Shown here: positions 31,650 to 40,396 of the stretch, one piece after another
Layout of the letters: every line of letters starts with the position of its first letter
Position numbering within the stretch: the stretch's first letter is position 1
Origin: Microgenomates group bacterium Gr01-1014_16
GTDB taxonomy: Bacteria > Patescibacteriota > Microgenomatia > CAZETR01 > Amesbacteraceae
Direction: 5' to 3'
DNA: 64,000 nt
Assembly (NCBI GenBank): GCA_007376345.1
Contig: VMGA01000001.1
Coordinates: forward strand, 61,747-125,746
Made by a program: the position numbers and the translations under genes
Notes under the pieces: model-generated
The model's database searches: none
What the model was told of the DNA's origin: nothing
What the model saw: the letters and a program-made list of their open reading frames with translations, nothing else

Positions 31650-33377
31650 TCAGTTAACTTTCCAAATTTCGACGTTGGCGTTGGAATAGATCTTTTCGAC
31701 CCCCAAGTCTCCCGGTGAAAATGGCAGTGACTCCCGATGATTGTCATATTTAGTTAAGTAAACATATTTGGCGCCTGTTTTTCGCAATTGAGTTTTGGCG
31801 GTTGATCTATCATCGGCCGTGAATATAGATTGATTATAAATTATTGGTTTTTGGGAAAATTCACTGACATATTTTCGCGAATTCGCAAACGCAGCAGGCC
31901 GAAATTCACTAAACCATGGACATTGTAAACATTCTTTATTTACAACCATTACTTTTCCAAAAGGCAGTAACCTCAATTTTTCTAATGCAATAATTTCTTC
32001 CGGAGAAACCCAATAATTTTCTTTTTTAAATTTTTTCCAGTCTAATTTGATTATTGTTTTTATGAGATTTTTTGGAGATTTAAACAAGTGTTTTGTTTCC
32101 AAACTCCAATCACTAAATACCCGTCCATCTTTTAGACCTTCAGTTTTAGTATTTATTTCAACCCGCCAATTATTATTTACTTGTTTAACTTCAACTAATT
32201 TTGACCTGAAGAATCTTTCGGGAGGCTTATTTTTGGACTCGAAATATTCAGTCTCTGTTTTAATGTCTGTATCTGTGATATTCCAAATTTCGGAAGAATC
32301 CTGAACCGCATCAATCAATGAGGGAATATTTATTCTCAAATCAAATTCAGCGTTGGGCCACTGGAAATAAGGCTCCCTAAAATCAGATGGATACACTCTG
32401 AAATCAATAATTTTGTTGTTTGTCTTATCTATTCCCAACCGATAAAATGGCGATTGGTACCACAACATGCCATCAGATTCGACTTGATGCGGAGGAGAAA
32501 GACCGGGGAACTGTTGTTTGTACCAATTGGCAAATTCGGTCATAGTCACTTTAGACGCGGCTTTTTGAGAAACAACCCGCATTTGTTTGGCGAACTCGTT
32601 TCCGTATACATCAGGAGTGAAATCACTTTCTAAGCCAACTGTAACTTGAGAAAATAGTTCGATCAGTTGGGTAAAATAATTAATGTCTAGTTTGGGGGTG
32701 GTAAAGTAGTCCTGGGTGCTGTAGAGACTGCTGTAGTAGCCCCGCCGGGGTTCGCGGGGAGCCCACTGGATGGTGACTATATCAAGTTTGGTTTCGGGAG
32801 TGGAAGCGGGAATGCCGGCATGAATAAGGCTGGGGTAATACGGGGTAGACCAATAGGTACCCCACACCTGATAGTTATCAGTCGAATACTGGTCTGAAAC
32901 TCCCAAATTGGCAGTAATGCTGTATTTGCGTTGCATGAATTCGAGAGAGAAACTGTCCGTCCACCAGGAACCGACTGAAATAGGATGGTAGCCAAAACGG
33001 GATTTGAATTTGGCAAAAACAGTATCGATTAACTTGAGGCGTTCTTCCTGGGTGTATCCGGAGAGGAATACTGAATTGGCAAAATGCCAGGAGGCTGATT
33101 GATGATAAGTAACGCCGGCGGATTGGGCAAGGCCAGGAGTGACTTCCAAAAAGATGCCTTTTTCCTGACGCTGGTCCATCTGGTTGGCGACATTTATTAG
33201 TTTGGGGTCAGATAATGCGTCAAAAGTAAACAACCAGGTAGCCGGAAGGCGATAACGGTTAATGACCGAATACTGGGCGGTAAGGCTCGCAGCCGGGTCA
33301 GGATTATACCTGGAGATTCGGACCGGATTGACTATGGTAATAAAACTGGCGGCTATTGCCAGCGCTTCATTCATCAT
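31650..33377 (-). CDS. Hypothetical protein with a putative NodB/glycoside hydrolase-like barrel and a GT-C-like soluble C-terminal tail
   Basis: PATWLFTFDAL, GIFLE, LSGY...RLKLID..F..F...FG..P.SVGSW; C-terminal YVYL...EKIYSN..VEIWKV. Confidence 0.5.
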   Translation of the reverse strand: MMNEALAIAASFITIVNPVRISRYNPDPAASLTAQYSVINRYRLPATWLFTFDALSDPKLINVANQMDQRQEKGIFLEVTPGLAQSAGVTYHQSASWHFANSVFLSGYTQEERLKLIDTVFAKFKSRFGYHPISVGSWWTDSFSLEFMQRKYSITANLGVSDQYSTDNYQVWGTYWSTPYYPSLIHAGIPASTPETKLDIVTIQWAPREPRRGYYSSLYSTQDYFTTPKLDINYFTQLIELFSQVTVGLESDFTPDVYGNEFAKQMRVVSQKAASKVTMTEFANWYKQQFPGLSPPHQVESDGMLWYQSPFYRLGIDKTNNKIIDFRVYPSDFREPYFQWPNAEFDLRINIPSLIDAVQDSSEIWNITDTDIKTETEYFESKNKPPERFFRSKLVEVKQVNNNWRVEINTKTEGLKDGRVFSDWSLETKHLFKSPKNLIKTIIKLDWKKFKKENYWVSPEEIIALEKLRLLPFGKVMVVNKECLQCPWFSEFRPAAFANSRKYVSEFSQKPIIYNQSIFTADDRSTAKTQLRKTGAKYVYLTKYDNHRESLPFSPGDLGVEKIYSNANVEIWKVN

Positions 33378-34158
33378 TCCACATTTTAGCAATGATTTGA
33401 GTCTTTTTCTTTTCTACGGCACCATCCCAGGAAAACCAACATACCCCGGCTGAAGGAGATTTGACAGCTTGCGAATATTCTTCTTTTAAAATTGATTCGT
33501 CAATTTTGTCCGGCAAATTATCTGGCATATCTTTGACTGCAATGGCCGGTATTACCGGTTTACTTGCCAGATCAAATAAATATTTAGTGAATTGACTAAT
33601 GTATTGGACGGGTTTATCGAGCATCTGGTGATAAAGCATCGGACTGGAATAATCAAATGCCTTCACGAGTAGAGCGTGATTTTGGCCAAACTGGGGAAAT
33701 TCTTCGTATTTAAGCGGCACAGCGTAATATCCTAACTCCAGTCGCATTGGAATTTCTTCTTTGATCCAAGCAGCAATTTCTGCTAACTTCTCCCCTTTTT
33801 CTACTCCCCGGCAATAATGACAGGGCTTGTGGGCTAATACATACTTTAGCTTCTTCCCCGACTGTTCCCATTTGCCACGAAAACGAAAATGGTCCAAAAT
33901 TATGCTGTTGGGCTGATAGTCAACAGCTTGCTTAAGTAGGTCGCTCAACCGATTTTTTGCACTGGGATCAAAGGGGCAGACCTCGTCTCTAAAAGCGCTA
34001 ATGCAAAGTGATATTTTTACTCCCCAATTTTTGAGCTGCTTTAACCGTTTGTCATTCAATCGTTCCATCCAGGCAACGATTTCATTGGCGCCAGATGAAT
34101 ATAAAGTTTTCGTATCATAATCTCCAAATTTATATTCTAAAAAGATGGCTTTTCGCAT
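33367..34158 (-). CDS. Putative glycoside hydrolase-like TIM-barrel protein (GHL10-like)
   Basis: IILDHFRF (like GxxLDYxRF), DYSSPMLYH, GVCWFSW. Confidence 0.55.
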   Translation of the reverse strand: MRKAIFLEYKFGDYDTKTLYSSGANEIVAWMERLNDKRLKQLKNWGVKISLCISAFRDEVCPFDPSAKNRLSDLLKQAVDYQPNSIILDHFRFRGKWEQSGKKLKYVLAHKPCHYCRGVEKGEKLAEIAAWIKEEIPMRLELGYYAVPLKYEEFPQFGQNHALLVKAFDYSSPMLYHQMLDKPVQYISQFTKYLFDLASKPVIPAIAVKDMPDNLPDKIDESILKEEYSQAVKSPSAGVCWFSWDGAVEKKKTQIIAKMWNDE

Positions 34159-34183
34159 GGATTGATTTTATAATACAGCAGAT
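34159..34183. promoter_or_regulatory. Bidirectional leaderless promoter
   Basis: TAAAAT on - (34165-34170) is 6 nt from ATG 34158. TATAAT on + (34169-34174) is 9 nt from ATG 34184. Confidence 0.55.
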
Positions 34184-34933
34184 ATGAAGGTTTTGGGGCA
34201 TGCGTGGGTAGCTGTAAAGGTGTTTCCAACAGGAGAAAGAGAGAAGTTAGTCTGGGGAGCGGTGTTACCAGAGATGATGTTTTATGTTGAAAATAATCCT
34301 TTCAGTTACGAGGAGATTCATGAAGGAGGCGACACTGTTTTCAAGTGGGCAAAAGCCACAGGTCCGGCCTGGATTGATTTGGGTCGAGGTATGATAACTC
34401 ACGGCGTGAAATATGGGGCAGATTTTTTTAACGAACTGGATCGGCTAAAGCAGTTGGGATATGACAAAGAAAGGGATCAGAAATTCGATGAGTGTGTAGC
34501 TCGTGCGCTGGGAATAGATTTAAAAACGGCTAAGGCGAGGGTGCACAACATTTTAGATCTAGCCCTGGAAGTGTATTTGACTCGAGAATATCCAGAAATA
34601 AAAGTTTGGTTAAGCGCAGCGTTTGCACGGGTAACAGTAAGTGAGGTGGCTCAAACAGTGGCTGCAGTGTTTGGAAAAAATGAAAAACAGGCTGGATTGG
34701 CTATCGGGGAGTTAAAAGACAAAATCCGCCCGGAAACTTTAACTGATACGCAAGGAGTTGCTAGAATGTGGTGCCGGTTTTCCCAAAGCTTGCCAGAACA
34801 GAAAGTGGGAGAGAAAAAAGTGGTAGATGTCATAAATCTGGCAATTGAAAAAATACGAGGGAACGAGGAAATATTTATAGATCAAGTTATTGAACGAACG
34901 AAAAACAACGTTAAAGCCTTTTCAGACATTTAA
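34184..34933 (+). CDS. Hypothetical protein, zinc-dependent phospholipase C-like metal-binding pattern
   Basis: N-terminal H (GHAW), GAVLPE, IHE, GMITHG...D, VHNILD. Confidence 0.45.
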   Translation: MKVLGHAWVAVKVFPTGEREKLVWGAVLPEMMFYVENNPFSYEEIHEGGDTVFKWAKATGPAWIDLGRGMITHGVKYGADFFNELDRLKQLGYDKERDQKFDECVARALGIDLKTAKARVHNILDLALEVYLTREYPEIKVWLSAAFARVTVSEVAQTVAAVFGKNEKQAGLAIGELKDKIRPETLTDTQGVARMWCRFSQSLPEQKVGEKKVVDVINLAIEKIRGNEEIFIDQVIERTKNNVKAFSDI

Positions 34934-34981
34934 TAGTCGGGTTTTTTGTTTGTGCTCGAGAAAAATTGCTTTGCGCATAGA

Positions 34982-35932
34982 TTAAAATGAATGGCGTATG
35001 ACAATTAATGGATACTCTCGGATGGCCAGACCAGCATAAACAACTGCTGCTCCAACGTGCCCCTTGGCCCAATAAGCAGAGGCAATTCCTATCAAAGCGT
35101 CTGCTTTGCCTTTGGGGTACTCTTCTACTTCCTCACGAATTCTCAAGGCTTCTTCAAAATCTTGCAGCGCAGGCTGGTAATCGCCTTTGGCCATGGCTAT
35201 CCCACCTTTTAGGAGGTGATAGTGCGCCAAAATCCCTCTCTCCTTATCTCTCCATAATACTTTTACTTCCCGCAAATACCGTTCCGCTTCATCGATATTT
35301 CCTTCTAACAACGCTATACGTACCAGCCAGGCAAATTGAAATCCCCGATTATCCGGCGGCAAATTTTTTTGCAGTTCCCGGTCGATGTAACTACGAGCAG
35401 CTAATAAATTTTCAGCCGGTTTTTCCCTATTCATAGCAAGACCAACATGAGCCCGTGCGGAAAAGTGGTCCAGGGTTGAAGCTAATGTTTGCTCATTTTG
35501 CCCCCAATTATCACTGGGAATTTGGGCTAAAAGTTGTCTGGAATTAGCCAAATCTCTTAATGAGTCGGTAAATCTTCCCTCGTAGTCATCGATCCACGCA
35601 CCCTTTTCTAAAACTCTGGCCTGCAGGTACAAACCATCGTCTCCGTTCAGAGAAGCTGCAATTTCATTGCCAATAGCGAGGAACTTCCTGGCTTGGCCGA
35701 ACCTTCCATAATTAACACACATTTGAGCAGCTTCTATATAGCATGAACCACGTTCTTGTAGGTTTTCGGTTTTTGCGGCTAAGGAGCAGAAATGGGAAAG
35801 GGCGTCTTTCCATTTGCCACCTGACTCTAATTGTTTCCCTTGGTCGAAAGAGGGATTTTCTATTTCAACTACACGGATTGGAGGTAAGACATGCTCGAAG
35901 ACCAGTCTGGCTGCTACTTCTTTAAGATTCAT
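34982..35932 (-). CDS. Tetratricopeptide-repeat protein
   Basis: Repeated helical TPR-like patterns such as GDYQPALQDFEEALRIR and GNIDEAERYL. Confidence 0.75.
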   Translation of the reverse strand: MNLKEVAARLVFEHVLPPIRVVEIENPSFDQGKQLESGGKWKDALSHFCSLAAKTENLQERGSCYIEAAQMCVNYGRFGQARKFLAIGNEIAASLNGDDGLYLQARVLEKGAWIDDYEGRFTDSLRDLANSRQLLAQIPSDNWGQNEQTLASTLDHFSARAHVGLAMNREKPAENLLAARSYIDRELQKNLPPDNRGFQFAWLVRIALLEGNIDEAERYLREVKVLWRDKERGILAHYHLLKGGIAMAKGDYQPALQDFEEALRIREEVEEYPKGKADALIGIASAYWAKGHVGAAVVYAGLAIREYPLIVIRHSF

Positions 35933-35954
35933 GAGCAGATTATAATACTTGATA
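35933..35954. promoter_or_regulatory. Bidirectional leaderless promoter on one palindromic ATTATAAT
   Basis: ATTATAAT at 35939-35946 gives TATAAT on both strands, 6 nt from ATG 35932 and 8 nt from ATG 35955. Confidence 0.6.
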
Positions 35955-37130
35955 ATGAATATTACTGCTTATAAGAATAAAAATGTTTTGTTTCTATCCT
36001 TGGGTTCTGGATTGCTTTTTTTTGGCTTTAATGCCGCAGAGCAGCATTTTACAGCCTTTTACCAGACAATCGGTAGACAAAACTTGGCCTACGAATCACT
36101 GGCTATTTTGTACGCAGCAATTATTTTGGGTAATTTTATAGGTCCGGGTATAGTGGGAAAAATTGGAGCTAGGCTGGCTATCATCTGGGGATTTGTCGTC
36201 TATACCCTGCTGGTATTTGGTATCGTCACTAAAGTTACTGTCATAATTTACGGACTGTCATTCCTTTTGGGAATTGGTGCCGGTGTGATGGGAATAGCTC
36301 GGATAGAATTATTACGTTTAATCGCTCCCAAACAAAAGAGGGGTGAATATAGTGGGGCGATTGACTCTGTACGTACTGCCGGAGGTTTTTTGGGTATTTT
36401 GGCTGTTGGCGGCCTATTTCGTTGGCTAAGTATCGACAACACACTAATACTACTGGGGCTCGTCATGGTGACAGGAACTCTATTGCTTCTGAAATTAGAA
36501 AATGTTCACGACGATTCGCAAACGGGGGTTTTATTAAAACAAAATTTTTCTCTAATGCTAAGACTGGTCAAAGAACGGACTTTATTACTGATTGTTCCTT
36601 ACTCGGTAGCAGGAGGATTTTTACTAGGATTGGTACTGGGGGCAATTCCGGCAGCAATTGAGAAAAACTTCGGTATCGTTTGGGTGAGTCTGATCGTCTC
36701 TATTTTCTATCTCACTTCAGCAATGGTTCCGCTTCTGGCTGGATATTTGTCTGATATCAAGGGTCGATTCGGCTTAATTTATGCTTCCATTTTGTCGTCA
36801 ATTCTAGCGGTGATCATGTTTTTGCAAATTTCTGGTTTACCAGCGTTGGCTGTAATTATGATTTTTTTGGGATTGGGCGGATCTCTTGGCAGTGCTGCCT
36901 TTTCAGCTTTGATTCTAGACACTTTTGAGGATAAAGCCAAAGAAGCCACGGCCGTGTTGGGAAACCTGAGCCTAGTTTTGGGGGTCGTGCCCTCTTTTTT
37001 ACTGCCAAGGTGGCTTACTCAAACTCAATTGTTACATTTAGCCCTGGTTCTATCTGCTGGAGGTCTAATTTCTGTATGGCTGTTTACCAGGTTGCGGATT
37101 CAATTTATGAAACCCAATAACCTCGACTAA
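35955..37130 (+). CDS. MFS transporter
   Basis: About 12 TM segments, GKIGAR and GYLSDIKGR loop motifs, KRGEYSG. Confidence 0.88.
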   Translation: MNITAYKNKNVLFLSLGSGLLFFGFNAAEQHFTAFYQTIGRQNLAYESLAILYAAIILGNFIGPGIVGKIGARLAIIWGFVVYTLLVFGIVTKVTVIIYGLSFLLGIGAGVMGIARIELLRLIAPKQKRGEYSGAIDSVRTAGGFLGILAVGGLFRWLSIDNTLILLGLVMVTGTLLLLKLENVHDDSQTGVLLKQNFSLMLRLVKERTLLLIVPYSVAGGFLLGLVLGAIPAAIEKNFGIVWVSLIVSIFYLTSAMVPLLAGYLSDIKGRFGLIYASILSSILAVIMFLQISGLPALAVIMIFLGLGGSLGSAAFSALILDTFEDKAKEATAVLGNLSLVLGVVPSFLLPRWLTQTQLLHLALVLSAGGLISVWLFTRLRIQFMKPNNLD

Positions 37131-38232
37131 ATAGGGCCAGGAAGAGGATAAAGCCGAGACAGCTGATGGAAAAGTACACCAGCCGGTTTAGTTTAGACGT
37201 CTGATGGAGCCATGTTCCAAGGATAATGAAAGCAGGGAAGCAAACCAGAACATACCTGGGCAGAGATGTAAAAGTGCCGGTTAAAGTGGGGATTATGAAA
37301 GATAAGAGATTAAAAACGGAGTAGGATAAGCGCTGTTTAAATAATGAATAAATGCTAATTATTCCAAACGTGAGGCCGGTAATAAATTCCAATAAAATAG
37401 TCAGAAATAGCGGATCGGCACGATTGACGGTAAAGATCATTTTCAAATAACGCCAGAAGACTTGATAGAGAAGAATTATTTTGTCGCTTCGTCCCTGGCC
37501 AAATAATTTTTGGACATGGATGAAAGCAAGAGAATCGCCAGTAGTGCGTTGCAAAAAAGACATGTATAACAAAAGTCCCAAAGGAATTAATATAAGAGGT
37601 ATGAGAGCTTTAAAACTTTTTTTCTGTAACCACCATTCGGCTATTAGAGCCGGTAGGAAAAAAATTCCGGCTAGTCTGGTGTATGCGGCCAGGAAACCGA
37701 AGATACCCGCGAGCCACCAGCGGGACCGGCGAGCCGAATAAAATGAGCCGATGACAAGGAAAAAAAATAACCCTTCGGTATATACAGATGTAAAGAAAAA
37801 ACTGACAGGGAAAATAAATAAAGCGATCAGTGTCCATTTCCGGACAGGACCGGGGTGGTCTAACGAAATTAATTTAGAGAATAAATAAACCCCAAACAAA
37901 AACGAGATAGAAGAGATAAGAATCCCGGTAACTGTGAAGTTTTTAAAGATTGAGTTTAGGAGACTTAATAATTTCGGATAGAGCGGGAAGAAGGCTTGCT
38001 GACCGTAGCCATAACCCCGACGGGCTATAGAAATATAATGAATGCCGTCAAAATTCGCCCGAGAATAAAGAAGAGGATTTTTTAAAAAAGGTTGGGGATT
38101 TAAGGGTGTGGATTGATCCTCCCCACCCTTGAAAGTCTGACGGAGGGGAAGAATTTGGATTGACAAATAGGTAATAATAATAATGGCGAGTTGCCAAATA
38201 AGAAAATACTTTAATATTTCAGAAAATTTCAT
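37105..38232 (-). CDS. GT-C mannosyltransferase, PIG-V/Mannosyl_trans2-like
   Basis: FDGIHYISIARRGY, AFFPLYP, YTEGLF, TRLAG, SLPRY motifs. ATGA overlap sets the start at 38232. Confidence 0.85.
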   Translation of the reverse strand: MKFSEILKYFLIWQLAIIIITYLSIQILPLRQTFKGGEDQSTPLNPQPFLKNPLLYSRANFDGIHYISIARRGYGYGQQAFFPLYPKLLSLLNSIFKNFTVTGILISSISFLFGVYLFSKLISLDHPGPVRKWTLIALFIFPVSFFFTSVYTEGLFFFLVIGSFYSARRSRWWLAGIFGFLAAYTRLAGIFFLPALIAEWWLQKKSFKALIPLILIPLGLLLYMSFLQRTTGDSLAFIHVQKLFGQGRSDKIILLYQVFWRYLKMIFTVNRADPLFLTILLEFITGLTFGIISIYSLFKQRLSYSVFNLLSFIIPTLTGTFTSLPRYVLVCFPAFIILGTWLHQTSKLNRLVYFSISCLGFILFLALFSRGYWVS

Positions 38233-39218
38233 AATAATTCTTGATAAACTTGGAGTGTTTGTTCGGCCGTTTTTTTCCAAGAAAAGTTGTTGACAATAAT
38301 GCGTTTTCGTTTCATGGCTGTAGTTATGGCTTGAGCCATGTCATCAATATTATACGGATCAAAGTAAACGGCGGTGTCGCTGGCAATCTCCGGCAGAGAT
38401 CCAGCCCGACTGCAGGCGACGGGAGTGCCGCAGGCCTGGGCTTCCAAAACCGGCAGGCCAAAGCCTTCGGACAGTGACGGTTGGCAATAAACAGAGGCCA
38501 GGTTATATATATCAACTAGATCATCAACGAATCCCAAATGGGTGATTCCGGACCAGTCAATATCCCGCAAGTGACTGAGTTCGGGATGAGATAAATTTAA
38601 TTTTTCAATTTCTTGTGCCTGCTTTCCCACTATGACCAGGGGAAGGTTTAATTTTCTACAAGCCTGAACCAGCAAGGGAATGTTTTTGTTGTAATTTACG
38701 TCGCCGACGTAGAGGGCGAATTTTTTGGGTAAATTATATTTATTTACTGGATGAGGAATTTTTTTGAATATGGGATCGGCGGCCAGATAGACCAGGCGGA
38801 GTTTGTGGGGAGGGACACCCAAATATTTATTTATTTTTTTTAGCGAATAAAAGGAGTCAGTAATAATGCGATCAGTATTAATTAGCGATAATTTTTGCAA
38901 TTGGAGATTAACCCAGCCGCGGATACCTGGAGGATAGTGGTCGGGGAATTCCAAGGGGATAACGTCATGCACTGTGACAATTGTTTTGGTCTTTTTGACG
39001 ATTGGTAAGGTGGGGGAGAAAGGATCAAAATATGGGTAATGAATAATGTCCAATGTCCAATGTCCAATGTCCAATAGATTATTAATTTCGACTAATTGAA
39101 TATTGAATTTTGAACATTGAGTCTTTAAGGCTTGTAATAGCCGACTGGTGTAAAAGCCGACGCCGCGGACGGCGTGGCCGGAGGATAATGGAGAAGTGAT
39201 AAAGCCGACTTTTTTCAT
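38229..39218 (-). CDS. Glycosyltransferase family 4 (mannosyltransferase-like)
   Basis: RGVGFY, TVHDVIP, YNKN, EGFGLPVLEAQACGTP motifs. Confidence 0.92.
   Translation of the reverse strand: MKKVGFITSPLSSGHAVRGVGFYTSRLLQALKTQCSKFNIQLVEINNLLDIGHWTLDIIHYPYFDPFSPTLPIVKKTKTIVTVHDVIPLEFPDHYPPGIRGWVNLQLQKLSLINTDRIITDSFYSLKKINKYLGVPPHKLRLVYLAADPIFKKIPHPVNKYNLPKKFALYVGDVNYNKNIPLLVQACRKLNLPLVIVGKQAQEIEKLNLSHPELSHLRDIDWSGITHLGFVDDLVDIYNLASVYCQPSLSEGFGLPVLEAQACGTPVACSRAGSLPEIASDTAVYFDPYNIDDMAQAITTAMKRKRIIVNNFSWKKTAEQTLQVYQELL
39045..39121. repeat. Two in-frame heptamer tracts: (AATGTCC)x4 at 39045-39072 and degenerate (nwTTGAr)x4 at 39094-39121
   Basis: Read directly; they encode LDIGHWTLDI and QCSKFNIQL in the GT4. 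Confidence 0.85.
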
Positions 39219-39991
39219 GCGGAGTATTTCGTATGTTGCCAATACTTAATATAAGCCACGGCATGAATAAGGCCGGAGAACAGGGCAAAAATGAACCCGG
39301 GCATGCCGTCGACGTAGCCGCGGTGACGGAAATAGATTTTCAAAAATGTTAGTGGGGGCTTGAGAAAGAGATAGAGAAGGGCATTACTTAAGTTGATGTT
39401 TATTTTTCTGTCCGCAAGTTGCAATGAAACAAATGTGGTGTAGCGGTTGAAGCCCTCCATGTATTTTTCGAAACTAGTGTCCCGGTAGTGGAGCAGGTCA
39501 TTTTTCAGATGCCCTACTTCACTTTCAACTTCTGCTTGCTCATGTACATCGTTGGCTGGAAGACGGCCTTTGCCTTTACGGTAAAGCCGGAGAGTCGGAT
39601 CTGGATATTGGCCGCCTTTAGTCAAAAAGCGGTTTAAGAACCAGTTTTTGCGGTTCATCCAGTAACCGTTATATTTTTTTGAGTTTATTTCTTTTTTAAT
39701 TTCGCTGGATAATTCCGGTGAGACGACTTCGTCGGCGTCGAGCTGTAAGATCCAGTCCCCCGTCGCAGCGTCTATGGCCATGTTTTTGTTGATGTGGAAG
39801 TTGGGTTTGTTGGTGGTGGAAATTATTCTGGCACCGAACTTTTTGGCGATTTCTACAGTTTTGTCCGTAGATTCCCCATCAACAACCACGATTTCATCGA
39901 TAATATCTTGAACCGACTCCAAACACTGACCTAAATTTTCCTCTTCGTTGAAAGTGGCCAGGACGACTGATAATTTTAAGTTTTTCTTCAT
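39215..39991 (-). CDS. Glycosyltransferase family 2 (WaaE/KdtX-like)
   Basis: LATFNEE, VDGESTD, WILQLDADE, YPD..LRL, VHE motifs. Confidence 0.92.
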   Translation of the reverse strand: MKKNLKLSVVLATFNEEENLGQCLESVQDIIDEIVVVDGESTDKTVEIAKKFGARIISTTNKPNFHINKNMAIDAATGDWILQLDADEVVSPELSSEIKKEINSKKYNGYWMNRKNWFLNRFLTKGGQYPDPTLRLYRKGKGRLPANDVHEQAEVESEVGHLKNDLLHYRDTSFEKYMEGFNRYTTFVSLQLADRKININLSNALLYLFLKPPLTFLKIYFRHRGYVDGMPGFIFALFSGLIHAVAYIKYWQHTKYSA

Positions 39992-40395
39992 AAGTTCCCA
40001 TTTACAATACTAGGTAGTATTGTAATTAAAAATTCTTTTTCTTCAGGGAAATACATGTGGCCGATGGCAAAATCTATTGGGAACCAATCGTAGGTACTGT
40101 CAGATTTCTGATGATTAAAGTTGTGAGATTTCATTAAATACATATGAATATCTTTGACCACTTCTTCGCCCCAATCTTCTGTGGATTTTCTTGTTAAAAA
40201 GCCTAGTTTCTTGACAATTTCCAGATTTTGCAATCCAGTTTCTTCCTTAACTTCTCTCAATGCCGCTTGTTCCAAAGTTTCTCCAGGTTCAACATGACCC
40301 TTAGGAAAGCGTGTTAGATCGCTTTCTGGATAGGTTAATAAAAGAATTTTGTTGTTGTGGATGATGATGCCACCCGCTGATATTGCTTTCTTCAT
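39988..40395 (-). CDS. NUDIX hydrolase
   Basis: Nudix box PKGHVEPGETLEQAALREVKEETGL. The last 12 codons are contributed by the 30-bp site and its spacer. Confidence 0.92.
   Translation of the reverse strand: MKKAISAGGIIIHNNKILLLTYPESDLTRFPKGHVEPGETLEQAALREVKEETGLQNLEIVKKLGFLTRKSTEDWGEEVVKDIHMYLMKSHNFNHQKSDSTYDWFPIDFAIGHMYFPEEKEFLITILPSIVNGNL
39999..40028 (-). repeat. 30-bp quasi-palindromic site, type A (TAATTACAATAC-TACCTA-GTATTGTAAATG)
   Basis: One of six copies. Lies at the NUDIX 3' end, 7 nt before ATG 39991. Confidence 0.85.
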
Positions 40396-40396
40396 G

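Noticed and set aside
34969-34998. TTTGCGCATAGATTAAAATG as a chromosomal dif site
   Set aside because: Only TGCGCATA matches the XerC arm; there is no TTATGTTAAA XerD arm.
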